DNA of 24,452 nucleotides from Deltaproteobacteria bacterium (GCA_020060805.1 JAGUZM010000005.1:1-24452); one strand, 5' to 3'. Shown: positions 1-8,924, counted from the stretch's first letter. The notes: generated by a model not told the origin, from the letters alone. Translations and numbers: made by a program.

Positions 1-43
1 TGAACGTTCCTGAATGTTAATAAACTTTGCTAATTAGCCTCTG

Positions 44-1345
44 TCATTTCATCAAATAGTTAGGAAGAAAAAGAGCGAGCTGAGGAAACAGAAACAGCAG
101 TGCCCCAAAAACGACTATCCCCAGCAAGAACGGAACTACGCCCCTATAGACTGTCGCCATGGGTGTCCTGCTGATTTTGTGAACGATGAACACATTTGAA
201 GCCACCGGCGGTATGACAATACCGATCATTACCGTCATCGCGATGATAATGCCAAACCAGATGGGATCAAACCCCAACTTCTGAACAGCAGGAAAGAAGA
301 CTGGCGTAGCAAGGACCATGAAAGCAAGGTCATCAATAAACGAACCACCGATCAGGTACACCAAGCAGATAATTAAAATAACGACATTCCTATGAACGTG
401 GAGAGTTGTGACCCAATCTGATATAAGCTGAGGAATATTTGTTATGGTAATGAAATGGCCCAGTATTGAAGATCCTGCAATCAGCATAAGGATCATGCAA
501 GCGGTGCGTGTCGCATCTCTAATGGCCTTGACATAGGCTACGAAGGTCAATCTTCCAGTCAGAACTATTAGGAGGAGCACAGTCATTGTCCCCACGCTTC
601 CGGCTTCCGTCGGGGTAAAAAAACCAGTTAAGAGACCGACCAGCATAAGGGCGAATATAGCGAGTACGACTGCAGCTTCAGGTAGTGAGGCAATCCTCTC
701 CTTCCAACTAAACTTTTGACCGGCTGGTGCTACCGAGGGGTTAATTCGGGCCCATCCGTAGATGATGAGAATAAACAAGAGAGCAATCCCAAGACCCGGA
801 ATAATACCAGCCAGAAACAACTTGCCGATCGATTGTTCGGTAATGAGCCCGTAAATGATTAGAAAAATAGTAGGTGGGATAAGACAGCCAAGTGTGCCTA
901 CGATGGCCACGAGTCCCGTTGAAAGCCTTTTGTCATAATGGTAGCGATCCATTTCCGGAATAGCGACACTGCTGAATGTCGCAGCTGTTGCATTTGCCGA
1001 CCCACACAGCGCCTTGAATGCCGCAGCGCCCCCAACTGTCGCCATTGCAAGTCCCCCCGGAATGTGGCCTAAGAATCGGTAGGCTGTGTTATAAAGCCTT
1101 TGTGCCATTCCCGATGCGAAAGCAAGCTGCCCCATGAAGATAAACAGCGGGAAGACTGAATAGCCATACGATACGAAAACGTCGTAGACGTCTTTTGCCA
1201 TCATATGGGTTGCCGCTTCGAAATTAACGAGATAGCTGAACCCTGCGAACCCTACCAGTATCATACAAAAAGGCAGTTCGAGACCAGTGAAAAACAGTAG
1301 GAGGAGGGCAACCAAGGCAAGACATCCAACCATTACCTCATTCAT
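44..1345 (-). CDS. dctM: TRAP transporter large permease subunit (DctM family)
   Basis: 433-aa uninterrupted ORF that is hydrophobic throughout, with length and multi-span character typical of DctM. Its start overlaps the stop of the upstream DctQ-like ORF by 8 nt (ATGAATGA on the minus strand), indicating translational coupling. Confidence 0.9.
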   Translation of the reverse strand: MNEVMVGCLALVALLLLFFTGLELPFCMILVGFAGFSYLVNFEAATHMMAKDVYDVFVSYGYSVFPLFIFMGQLAFASGMAQRLYNTAYRFLGHIPGGLAMATVGGAAAFKALCGSANATAATFSSVAIPEMDRYHYDKRLSTGLVAIVGTLGCLIPPTIFLIIYGLITEQSIGKLFLAGIIPGLGIALLFILIIYGWARINPSVAPAGQKFSWKERIASLPEAAVVLAIFALMLVGLLTGFFTPTEAGSVGTMTVLLLIVLTGRLTFVAYVKAIRDATRTACMILMLIAGSSILGHFITITNIPQLISDWVTTLHVHRNVVILIICLVYLIGGSFIDDLAFMVLATPVFFPAVQKLGFDPIWFGIIIAMTVMIGIVIPPVASNVFIVHKISRTPMATVYRGVVPFLLGIVVFGALLFLFPQLALFLPNYLMK

Positions 1346-1820
1346 GCTCTCCTCCTACAATTCTCACAATGTCGCAGACGAAGACTACCGATAAAACGAA
1401 GAAGCACGCTGCAAGGGCGAAGGAGATGGGGTGGAGCGGAAGTTGAAGAGTGCCTGAGACTTCTCCTCCTTTCCAGAACCCGAAGCCTATTTTCATCGAG
1501 TTCCAGCTGATGAGGATAGATAAAACGATGGCCGCGCATCTCGTAGCGAGATCTACTAGGTTCCTTGTTTTTCGGGGTAGGGCGCTTGTGACGAAATCGA
1601 CGGAAATATGGTCTTTCATCCAAAAGGAAGTGGGAACAGTAAAGCCTATGACGATTCCGCAACAGATTGCAATAATTTCAACGGCACCGGGTATCGGCAT
1701 GCCGAAAGGTCTCATCACTACGTCAAACGTGGTTAGCAGCATGATGAGGGTCAGGAAAACGCCTGCTATAGCATGCATTGCTAGATTGATCCTGGCAAAA
1801 GTCTTGATAAAGACATTCAT
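1338..1820 (-). CDS. dctQ: TRAP transporter small permease subunit (DctQ family)
   Basis: Small hydrophobic four-helix-type protein directly upstream of and overlapping dctM. The track ORF extends to 1895, but the ATG at 1820 (MNVFIKTFARINL...) follows GGAGG at 7-nt spacing and removes an overlap with the upstream gene, so 1820 is the preferred start. Confidence 0.8.
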   Translation of the reverse strand: MNVFIKTFARINLAMHAIAGVFLTLIMLLTTFDVVMRPFGMPIPGAVEIIAICCGIVIGFTVPTSFWMKDHISVDFVTSALPRKTRNLVDLATRCAAIVLSILISWNSMKIGFGFWKGGEVSGTLQLPLHPISFALAACFFVLSVVFVCDIVRIVGGEHE

Positions 1821-1882
1821 AAAGCGTCCTCCGATCCATACGACCATTCCTCCTCGGCCGAGTGTCTCTGAACGTGAGCAAA

Positions 1883-2374
1883 CTACTCCCACCAAACACC
1901 GGTCGTCTTCCAGAATTCCTTGTCCTCCTCTTTCCAGTCCGGCCCAAATGTCTTGTCCATATATGAGCCAAGCCTATTGAACCATCGCCACCAAGGATGC
2001 TTTCCTTTATCTCGCGCCTCCAGTATATCGTTCAATAGAAGCACGATGTCAGACATCTTTTCCATGGGGATGTAGGAGGCTGCACCGTTGTGGAAAGACT
2101 TAAACAGGTTGTCCTTGGTCAGCGCATGGGCAGTGAGCATGACGGGAATAACGTCATGCTTCTTAGCTATTTCGAGGAGCTCGTATCCGTCGACACCCAT
2201 AATGTCCAATATCGCTATGTCGAAGAACTGTGTCTCCAGGAGCTCTTTTGCTTCCATGAAAGAAGATGCCTTTTCGACGTGACACATAGCCAGTAATTCG
2301 GCAAGTGCGCTGAGAACATCAGGCTCATCATCCACAACAAGAATTCTCTTCAACTCCAATAAATCGCGTTGCAA
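1883..2374 (-). CDS. Stand-alone response-regulator receiver (REC) protein with Trp-rich C-terminal tail (paralog 1)
   Basis: REC hallmarks are present: VVDDEPD acidic pocket, phospho-acceptor context AILDIMG, and MLTAH Thr. There is no DNA-binding or enzymatic output domain. The roughly 45-aa tail (HPWWRWFNR...FGPDWKEEDKEF) is conserved with the 15821-16309 protein. TTG start preceded by AAGGAG at 7 nt. Confidence 0.85.
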   Translation of the reverse strand: MQRDLLELKRILVVDDEPDVLSALAELLAMCHVEKASSFMEAKELLETQFFDIAILDIMGVDGYELLEIAKKHDVIPVMLTAHALTKDNLFKSFHNGAASYIPMEKMSDIVLLLNDILEARDKGKHPWWRWFNRLGSYMDKTFGPDWKEEDKEFWKTTGVWWE

Positions 2375-2459
2375 CTTTTTTCTCCTTGTTCAGGTCAGCT
2401 ACTTTGTGGGTGTTTTCTGCGCTGGGTCAAAATACAGTGAAATAAAGGCGATGCATCTA

Positions 2460-4043
2460 CTACGGACGCTCGATAAATCCGACTGAAAACACATTATCTT
2501 GGCTATTGTAGGTTACACATGAATTTTGGCGCCACTTGCCGTCATCTGTTTTTCCGTAATCATAACGGATAAAGGCTCCGCGGCTTTCCTCTCTAAGGAT
2601 ACTTGTCTCAAGAATTGTCTGCAGGGTAAAGATGCCGCTTTTCAAGTCCTCCAGTTTCGCCACGTCACGCGAGTTGCTAGGCACAAGCCCCGAGACCCTG
2701 TTTTGAAGTTCGGAAACTCTCCTTATTCCCTCAGAAAGCCCCTCTTCACTCCTGACAACGCCGGCGTGTTTCCAGGCAATATCTCGCAGCAGCTGCCGTG
2801 CGCTTCTTAAATCAATGCCTTTAGAGGAACTCTTGAAAATGCCCGACTCAACTCTTTCGACGCCATTGGCTGCTATACCATGTTTTGTCGATGCATGCTC
2901 CGCCGCCCCTCGCCCTGCTATGATTCCGGTTACCGCGCACTCAGTCAAAGCGTTCCCCCTCATTCTGTTTGCCCCGTGAAACCCCCAGACTATTTCTCCG
3001 CAAGCAAAAAGACCCCGAAGAGTTGTCTCTCCATTTTCATCTACCTCCACTCCTCCCATAAAGAAATGCGCGGCAGGAGAAACAGGAAATGGGCTCCGGG
3101 CAAGGTCAATTTTCCTTTGTGGCAACAGAGTGAAAGGACGTTTCGAATACAAAGAAGCAGGGACACCCGTGTAATCCAGGGTGACCGGCCCCTGGAGACC
3201 TTCCTCATATAGAACGGCTGAGAAAGAATCCCTTCGACTCTCTATGGCTTCATTGGGATCGCCTATTCGGTGCTTGACAAGAATATCCTCCCCGCTGCTG
3301 TTGAGAATCCGCGCCTCTTTTGGATAAGGGGGATAGACGAGAAGAAATGGTGCGCCTCGTTGGGCAAGAACCAGTGGGTAGAACTGCACGAATTCCATAT
3401 CCCAGAGTCTGAGACCTGCCTTCGCAGCCAGATAGTAGCTCTGCCCCAGCATGTTCCTCTGATTGTCGTTGTGGAGGTAGAGCGCACCGGCACCGCCTGT
3501 TGCCAAGATCACAGCTGGAGCCTGAACTTCTGTCCGGCGGCCACTATTATCATAGCCTGAAACGCCTGATACCGAGCCGTCCCTGCTCATTATCTCCGTC
3601 ACATAGAATCGAGGGACTGATTCAATGCTCGGAGAGTTTTTTAGGTTGCCGGCGAGCCGTTTGACCAATGTGAGACCCCGTATCATATCGTTCGACTCGC
3701 TCTTTACGGCGTAACCTCCACGGAATGCCGCAAATTCCACTCCCCAAGAGGATAGTAGGGAAAAGGCCTCTAGCGCCCGGTCGGCAATCATATTCACTAT
3801 AGATTTTTTATTTAGGCCTTTGCCTGCAAGAAGGGTATCAGCAACATATTCTTCAACGCTGTATGCCTTGGACGGTCCTGCAAAAACTCCATTCGAGATG
3901 GCCGAGTTGGTTCCAAACCCGATACTGCCTCTATCCAGCAGCAGGACACGGGCGCCTTTCCGGGATGCTTCAAGGGCGGCAATCATCCCGGCACATCCGG
4001 CCCCGACAACCACAACGTCCGACCTGACCAATCGAATGGACAT
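2460..4043 (-). CDS. FAD-dependent oxidoreductase of the fumarate reductase / succinate dehydrogenase / L-aspartate oxidase flavoprotein family
   Basis: N-terminal dinucleotide fold VVVVGAGCAGMIAAL...LLLDRG. Family motifs AAHFFMGGVEVDENGETTLRGLFACGE and C-terminal REESRGAFIRYDY. 527 aa. GGAGAG upstream of the ATG. Confidence 0.85.
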   Translation of the reverse strand: MSIRLVRSDVVVVGAGCAGMIAALEASRKGARVLLLDRGSIGFGTNSAISNGVFAGPSKAYSVEEYVADTLLAGKGLNKKSIVNMIADRALEAFSLLSSWGVEFAAFRGGYAVKSESNDMIRGLTLVKRLAGNLKNSPSIESVPRFYVTEIMSRDGSVSGVSGYDNSGRRTEVQAPAVILATGGAGALYLHNDNQRNMLGQSYYLAAKAGLRLWDMEFVQFYPLVLAQRGAPFLLVYPPYPKEARILNSSGEDILVKHRIGDPNEAIESRRDSFSAVLYEEGLQGPVTLDYTGVPASLYSKRPFTLLPQRKIDLARSPFPVSPAAHFFMGGVEVDENGETTLRGLFACGEIVWGFHGANRMRGNALTECAVTGIIAGRGAAEHASTKHGIAANGVERVESGIFKSSSKGIDLRSARQLLRDIAWKHAGVVRSEEGLSEGIRRVSELQNRVSGLVPSNSRDVAKLEDLKSGIFTLQTILETSILREESRGAFIRYDYGKTDDGKWRQNSCVTYNSQDNVFSVGFIERP

Positions 4044-4079
4044 TCTCCGCTCTCCGACTGTGGACTGCAGATTATGGGT

Positions 4080-5384
4080 TCATGAGGCGGTCCTCTTGTC
4101 CACAAACCGCTTTGACTTGTAATCCGATCGCGGAAGCGTATTTAGCGGGACTGCTTCTACAGGAATTCGAATTTCGAAACGTTCCCTTAGCGCCCTCTCC
4201 AGCCGTTTACAGAGTTGGGCCGGGTCGCGGCCTTTGCCGGGCTCGACGCACACCTTTACCTCGCCCATGCCATCTTTGGTATAGGCGATGATCTGGTACT
4301 CTTCTCCAATGAGAAGACAGCTCTCCACCACGTTGCCCAGATCAGAAGGAAAGAGGTTCATTCCCCGGATGATGATCATGTCATCACTTCTGCCGAGAAC
4401 ACCCCCTTCAAGCAGTCTGAAGGTGCGTCCGCACCCGCACTGCGCAGTACTTACTCGGACAAGATCGTGTGTCCGGAAACGTATCCCCGGAGAGGAGGTC
4501 CTGCCGAGATTGGTCAGGACCATCTCTCCCATATTTCCATCCTCCAAAGGCTCGCCGGTAGTTGGGTCAATCACCTCAAGGATGAATTCCGTCTCGTTGA
4601 CATGAATAGCGGTTCGTTGATGTTCGCAGTGAAGGGCGTAGGCGCCTACTTCGGTCAGACCGGGGTAATCGTAAGGAGTAGCCCCCCACGCCTCGGAGAT
4701 CTTCTTCTGAATCGAAGGAACGAGCCCTCCGGGTTCACCGGCATGGATCAGCAAGCGTACCGAACTCTTACTTAAATCTATGTTATTGTCCGCAGCGGCC
4801 TCTGCCATGCGCAAGGCATAAGTGGGCGTGCAGCAGACTACCGTTGCTTGGTTTTCTATGAGGCTCCTCAACCTTTGCACGGTATTCCAACCGCCACCTG
4901 CTATGGCAAGCGCGCCAATTTGAAAAGTCCCTTCGAAGAGACCCCAAAACGCCACGTGTGGACCAAAAGCAAACGGAAAAAAGACAACATCGGAGGGCCG
5001 CACACCCGAGGCCCACAGTGACATGGCAGCGCACTTGCCACGCCACTCCCAACTCTCTCTGGTATCCATCCATTTCAGGGGCAATCCAGTCGTCCCTGTC
5101 GTCTGATGATATCGGACATAATTCTCCAGGGGCTCAGAAAGGTTTGTTCCGAATGGCGGATTCTCCGTCTGATCCTTCTGGAAATCCCGCTTGTAGGTGA
5201 ATGGAAGCATCCTCAAGTCTTCGAGTGAGCGAACTCGTTCAGGATTGATTCCGCATTCCTCGTACTTCCGTCTGTAGAATGGGTTGCCACTCACCTTCCG
5301 CAGCAAACCCAGCAGCTTTTGTTCCTGGAGAGCACGGATCTCCCCACGTGAGGCCGCTTCGAAGGGGGTGAAGTTGGAACGCAT
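4080..5384 (-). CDS. Phenylacetate-CoA ligase (PaaK) / coenzyme F390 synthetase-family aryl-acid CoA ligase
   Basis: PaaK-type N-terminus (SRGEIRALQEQKLLGLLRKV), P-loop YHQTTGTTGLPLK, and C-terminal LPRSDYKSKRFVDKR. The track ORF reaches 5417, but the ATG at 5384 (MRSNFTPFEAAS) follows AGGAGG at 6 nt and avoids overlapping the upstream ORF. Confidence 0.85.
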   Translation of the reverse strand: MRSNFTPFEAASRGEIRALQEQKLLGLLRKVSGNPFYRRKYEECGINPERVRSLEDLRMLPFTYKRDFQKDQTENPPFGTNLSEPLENYVRYHQTTGTTGLPLKWMDTRESWEWRGKCAAMSLWASGVRPSDVVFFPFAFGPHVAFWGLFEGTFQIGALAIAGGGWNTVQRLRSLIENQATVVCCTPTYALRMAEAAADNNIDLSKSSVRLLIHAGEPGGLVPSIQKKISEAWGATPYDYPGLTEVGAYALHCEHQRTAIHVNETEFILEVIDPTTGEPLEDGNMGEMVLTNLGRTSSPGIRFRTHDLVRVSTAQCGCGRTFRLLEGGVLGRSDDMIIIRGMNLFPSDLGNVVESCLLIGEEYQIIAYTKDGMGEVKVCVEPGKGRDPAQLCKRLERALRERFEIRIPVEAVPLNTLPRSDYKSKRFVDKRTAS

Positions 5385-5404
5385 TGTCTTCCTCCTGCCA
5401 ATTG

Positions 5405-5725
5405 CTATCTGTTCCACTCTTTCTGCGCACGCTCCAGCGCGGCAAAGACATCCTCGTAGGCATGCCCCGGAACGTATGGAGGCAGTTCCTCGATGATTCG
5501 GATATAGTAAGGCTGTTCAGATCTAAGCCCGGATTCGCCTCGCAGCCATAGGACATCCGCGCCGTGAAGTTCGTCCCTTGATCTGGCTATCTCGGCCTTC
5601 ACGTGTTTGGTGTTATACTTATCGGGTCCTGGAGTCAGGTCTTTTATGAACAATTGGGTCTTACCAATCTTCAGATCTTCGTATTTCCTAACAAACGTCT
5701 GCCATTCTCTGGCCATAATTGCCAC
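5405..5725 (-). CDS. Hypothetical 106-aa soluble protein translationally coupled to the UbiD-family gene (candidate accessory subunit)
   Basis: The ORF starts 3 nt after the UbiD stop. Its GGAGGT RBS (7-nt spacing) overlaps the UbiD stop codon. It is charged and soluble with no Cys, and I recognise no family motif. Confidence 0.65.
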   Translation of the reverse strand: MAIMAREWQTFVRKYEDLKIGKTQLFIKDLTPGPDKYNTKHVKAEIARSRDELHGADVLWLRGESGLRSEQPYYIRIIEELPPYVPGHAYEDVFAALERAQKEWNR

Positions 5726-5728
5726 CTC

Positions 5729-7165
5729 CTATTTGAAACCGTAATTCTTCCAATTATCGAGTACCTTTTGTTGAATCTGCTGACCATAGATCCCCTTGAA
5801 ACACGATTTTATTGGAACGAGTTCCTTGTTCCAATCCGGCGGCCAGGTAGCGTCGAAAATCACCGAACACCCCTTGAGCGCGGCTCTTTCCTTGAGATTA
5901 TACATGGGCGTGAGGGAATTGGCTCTTCCTTCGTACCATTCGTAATGGATACCTCGTCCCGGGTGACAAACGGTTGCAAATGCGTGCAATACCTCATTCA
6001 TATTAAAGACGTCCACATCGGGCCCAACCATGATGTGTTTATTGGTCATGACACGACGCGCGCAAAAATATTCCAATACCTTTTTCGCAATTTCCGGCCC
6101 GCCCTCCTCGACACCAACTACGATGAGGTGGGTGACTCCTTCGGGGGGAACATAGACGTCGGTGACCGGAAGACCCCTTCGCAACAGCCCCTTTTTCATG
6201 GAGACGGCGGCAGTCAGTGAAGCGGCGATGTTGCTGTCGTCCGGGGGAGTCCCCAGCGCGATCATTGTGAGGATCGGATCGTTGCGGTGGGTTATAGCCG
6301 TGACCTTCACAGCGATTCCCTCGCACATGGTGCCGCTCCGAAACCCGGGATATTCGCCGAAAGGTCCATCCGGCGCAACCTTGTCAGGCTGCATTTCCGC
6401 TTCAATCACGATCTCTGCATTTGCTGGCACCATGAGATCAGAGGTCTCGCATTTGACTAATTCTACGGAAGCGCCCCCTAGTCCCCCCGAAAACTCCGCC
6501 TCGTTTTCCTGGAGAGGAATCGGCGCTGTGGCCATCAGGTGAGACACCGGGTCGGCCCCTAGTACAATGGCTACAGGCATTGGCTTGTTCTGGGGGAGGT
6601 ATCTTTCCTTGAAGATCTTGGCAAACTGGCTGGTGGTCTGGGGCCAACCCGTCAACCAGTTCTTGTTGTGAATCATAAAGCGATACATTCCCCAGTTGGT
6701 CCAGTTGGTCACAGGATCCTTGCAGATGATGATGTCCCAAGTACCTATGTACCGTCCGCCATCGCCTTCATGGATCATCGGCGCAGGAAATTTGTTCAGG
6801 TTGATATCGTCTCCCATCATAATATTTTGCTTGCAGGGAGCAGAGCGCTTCTCCAAGATCGTCGGCGGAATTTTACTGCCCAGCTTCACATCATAAGTGC
6901 GATAGATCTCACGTACGGAGGCGTTCCGAGGTAAACCCAAAGCCATGGCAACCCTCGGCCAAGTGCCAGAGGTGCCGTTAGAAATTGTATACCCCTTGGG
7001 GTAATCCTTGATGTTTTCGAACAGAAGACATGGCCCATACTGCTCATAGTTGCGGCGTCCGATAGCCCCGACCTCAATATCCCAGTCCACCTGTTTGGAT
7101 ATCCTGAGCAGGTCCCCTTCCTTCTCCAGAGCTTTGAAAAACTCCCTATGGTCTTTATATGGCAT
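5729..7165 (-). CDS. UbiD-family prFMN-dependent (de)carboxylase (paralog 1)
   Basis: 478 aa. UbiD-type N-terminus (HREFFKALEKEGDLLRISKQVDWDIEVGAI) and the canonical loop DGPFGEYPGF. AGGAGGG RBS. Confidence 0.9.
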   Translation of the reverse strand: MPYKDHREFFKALEKEGDLLRISKQVDWDIEVGAIGRRNYEQYGPCLLFENIKDYPKGYTISNGTSGTWPRVAMALGLPRNASVREIYRTYDVKLGSKIPPTILEKRSAPCKQNIMMGDDINLNKFPAPMIHEGDGGRYIGTWDIIICKDPVTNWTNWGMYRFMIHNKNWLTGWPQTTSQFAKIFKERYLPQNKPMPVAIVLGADPVSHLMATAPIPLQENEAEFSGGLGGASVELVKCETSDLMVPANAEIVIEAEMQPDKVAPDGPFGEYPGFRSGTMCEGIAVKVTAITHRNDPILTMIALGTPPDDSNIAASLTAAVSMKKGLLRRGLPVTDVYVPPEGVTHLIVVGVEEGGPEIAKKVLEYFCARRVMTNKHIMVGPDVDVFNMNEVLHAFATVCHPGRGIHYEWYEGRANSLTPMYNLKERAALKGCSVIFDATWPPDWNKELVPIKSCFKGIYGQQIQQKVLDNWKNYGFK

Positions 7166-7223
7166 TTTTATTTAACCCTCCTTGAAATGATCTCACGTTC
7201 ACCTTATTCGTTATGGCTCTTCA

Positions 7224-7238
7224 GCAAGGAGTGTGCCA
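7224..7238 (-). promoter_or_regulatory. Sigma-54 (-24/-12) promoter of the module A operon
   Basis: The minus strand reads TGGCAC-ACTCC-TTGC, an exact match to the TGGCAC-N5-TTGC consensus. It lies about 60 nt upstream of the UbiD ATG at 7165, and a sigma-54 activator gene is divergent from it. Confidence 0.75.
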
Positions 7239-7434
7239 GATAACCATTAAGCTATCCCGTCTGCATCATTTGCCGCCGATGGAAAACGAAGCGAGCGCGA
7301 TTCAAAAAGAGCAGGGGCAAGCGCAGCCACGTTTTCCTGATTTTTTGACAGGAGAGCTTGAATAGAGACATGCGTTCTATGAAGCCGTTCATTGTTTCTC
7401 TTGACACTAAATGCATTGATGGTATCCTCGATTG

Positions 7435-7457
7435 TGTCCAGCAAGTGGACATGTCCA
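7435..7457. promoter_or_regulatory. Composite palindromic operator / putative activator-binding site (site A)
   Basis: The plus strand reads TGTCCA-GCAAG-TGGACATGTCCA; the reverse complement is TGGACATGTCCA-CTTGC-TGGACA. This is a 12-bp perfect palindrome plus a third half-site. The site is 197 bp upstream of the sigma-54 promoter and about 20-30 nt upstream of the activator start codon. The same architecture recurs at 12137-12159 and 22944-22966. Confidence 0.5.
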
Positions 7458-7475
7458 AGCACAACTTTTCCGAGG

Positions 7476-8912
7476 ATGATGATGATGTACACCACTGAAA
7501 GAGACCATCTCACAATAATGAAAGAGGCACTCGGCGCCTATGGGTTTTCTCGGCTGATATCCCTTGCGCTTCGTTTCTTTGTACGAAACGCGTACGAGAG
7601 CCTGGTCATTACGGACAAGGAGGGGCGGATCCGCTTCATGGACCGAGGTTCCGAGAAACTTTTCGGGCTGGGCAAGGGTGAGGCATCGGGGCTCGAAATC
7701 GAGGCTCTTCTCCCGGATACCGCACTGCCCAAGGTAATCGAGACGGGTTATCCATCCATCGGGCGAGTCCTTAACGTGAAGGGAGTGAAGAAGATCGGTT
7801 CTTCCTATCCCCTTATCAAGGACGGGGAAGTCATAGGCGCCATAGGTCGCGTGCTTTTTCACTCTCTCGAGGAGGTGGAGCGCATCAACGATAAGATGAA
7901 GATGCTCAGGAGAGAAGTACGGACTTTGCGTCAAAGGTCGCAGAGTGAGTACAGTGCAGCCTACACCTTCCAGAATATTTTGGGAAAGAGTCCCGGAATC
8001 AAGAACTGTATTGCGATGTCCAAGAAGATTGCCATCGTCCAATCCGACGTGCTGATTTCAGGCGAAAGCGGGACAGGGAAAGAGCTCTTTGCGCAAGCTA
8101 TCCACAATTTCAGCGGATCCGACAGGCCTTTTGTGCGTGTCAACTGTCCGGCTATTCCTTTTGAGCTCGCTGAATCAGAACTCTTCGGATACGAGAAGGG
8201 GGCTTTTTCGGGTGCCGACCGGGAGGGCAGGAAAGGTAAATTCGAGGCCGCCGAAAATGGGACCGTATTCCTGGATGAAATCAATTCGCTCCCCCTTTCC
8301 ATTCAAGGAAAACTTCTCCGTGTCATTCAGGAGCGAGAAGTGGAAAAGGTAGGAAGCACGAGAACGAAGAAGCTCGATATCAGGATTATTGCAGCTACCA
8401 ACACTGACTTGAAGAAGGCCGTAAGCGCCGGATCTTTCCGGGAAGACCTGTACTATCGAATTGCAAGAACAAGTATCCACATTCCTCCCCTGAGAGAACG
8501 AAAGGAGGATATCGCTATTTACGCAGAGCACTTCCTGGTTTCGATAAATAGGCGGTTTGGAACACATTTCAATAAAATCTCGGATGACGCCCTTGCTTGC
8601 CTGAAACAATACTCTTGGCCGGGAAACATTCGAGCTCTCATCAACGTCCTTGAGCAAGCATGCCTAAGAGAATGGGAAGGGGACGAGATTCCGTTGTCGG
8701 CGCTTCCAGATGATCTGACATCGGACTACCGGAGGGACGAACCGGTTCGAGGCAATCGTCTCAGAACCACTCTTGAAAAACAGGAAATGGAGTTAATTAT
8801 TCAGACTCTTAATCGGGTGAAGGGGAATAAGAGACAAGCGGCAGTTCTGCTCGGAATACCGAGATCGAGTCTCTATAACAAGTTAAATTTCTACGGCAAG
8901 CTAAAAGATTAG
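7476..8912 (+). CDS. Sigma-54-dependent transcriptional activator (PAS-like sensor, AAA+, Fis-type HTH), paralog 1
   Basis: Walker A GESGTGKELFAQAIH, the sigma-54 contact loop ELFGYEKGAFSGA, Walker B GTVFLDEI, and a C-terminal HTH (GNKRQAAVLLGIPRSSLYNKL). The start is uncertain. The track ORF begins at 7392 but would then contain the operator. Four consecutive ATGs at 7476-7487 follow GAGG, and alignment with paralog 2 (MAIIKEALGSY vs LTIMKEALGAY) supports a start in this run. Confidence 0.9.
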   Translation: MMMMYTTERDHLTIMKEALGAYGFSRLISLALRFFVRNAYESLVITDKEGRIRFMDRGSEKLFGLGKGEASGLEIEALLPDTALPKVIETGYPSIGRVLNVKGVKKIGSSYPLIKDGEVIGAIGRVLFHSLEEVERINDKMKMLRREVRTLRQRSQSEYSAAYTFQNILGKSPGIKNCIAMSKKIAIVQSDVLISGESGTGKELFAQAIHNFSGSDRPFVRVNCPAIPFELAESELFGYEKGAFSGADREGRKGKFEAAENGTVFLDEINSLPLSIQGKLLRVIQEREVEKVGSTRTKKLDIRIIAATNTDLKKAVSAGSFREDLYYRIARTSIHIPPLRERKEDIAIYAEHFLVSINRRFGTHFNKISDDALACLKQYSWPGNIRALINVLEQACLREWEGDEIPLSALPDDLTSDYRRDEPVRGNRLRTTLEKQEMELIIQTLNRVKGNKRQAAVLLGIPRSSLYNKLNFYGKLKD

Positions 8913-8924
8913 CCTGTTTTCGCA

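Noticed and set aside
7392-7475. 5' extension of the activator 1 ORF (MFLLTLNALMVSS...), and similar N-terminal extensions in the ORF track: 1821-1895, 5385-5417, 19452-19493, 22692-22739 and 23010-23027.
   Set aside because: Internal start codons have proper RBS spacing and match family or paralog N-termini. The extensions would overlap upstream genes or contain the operator and promoter sequences.
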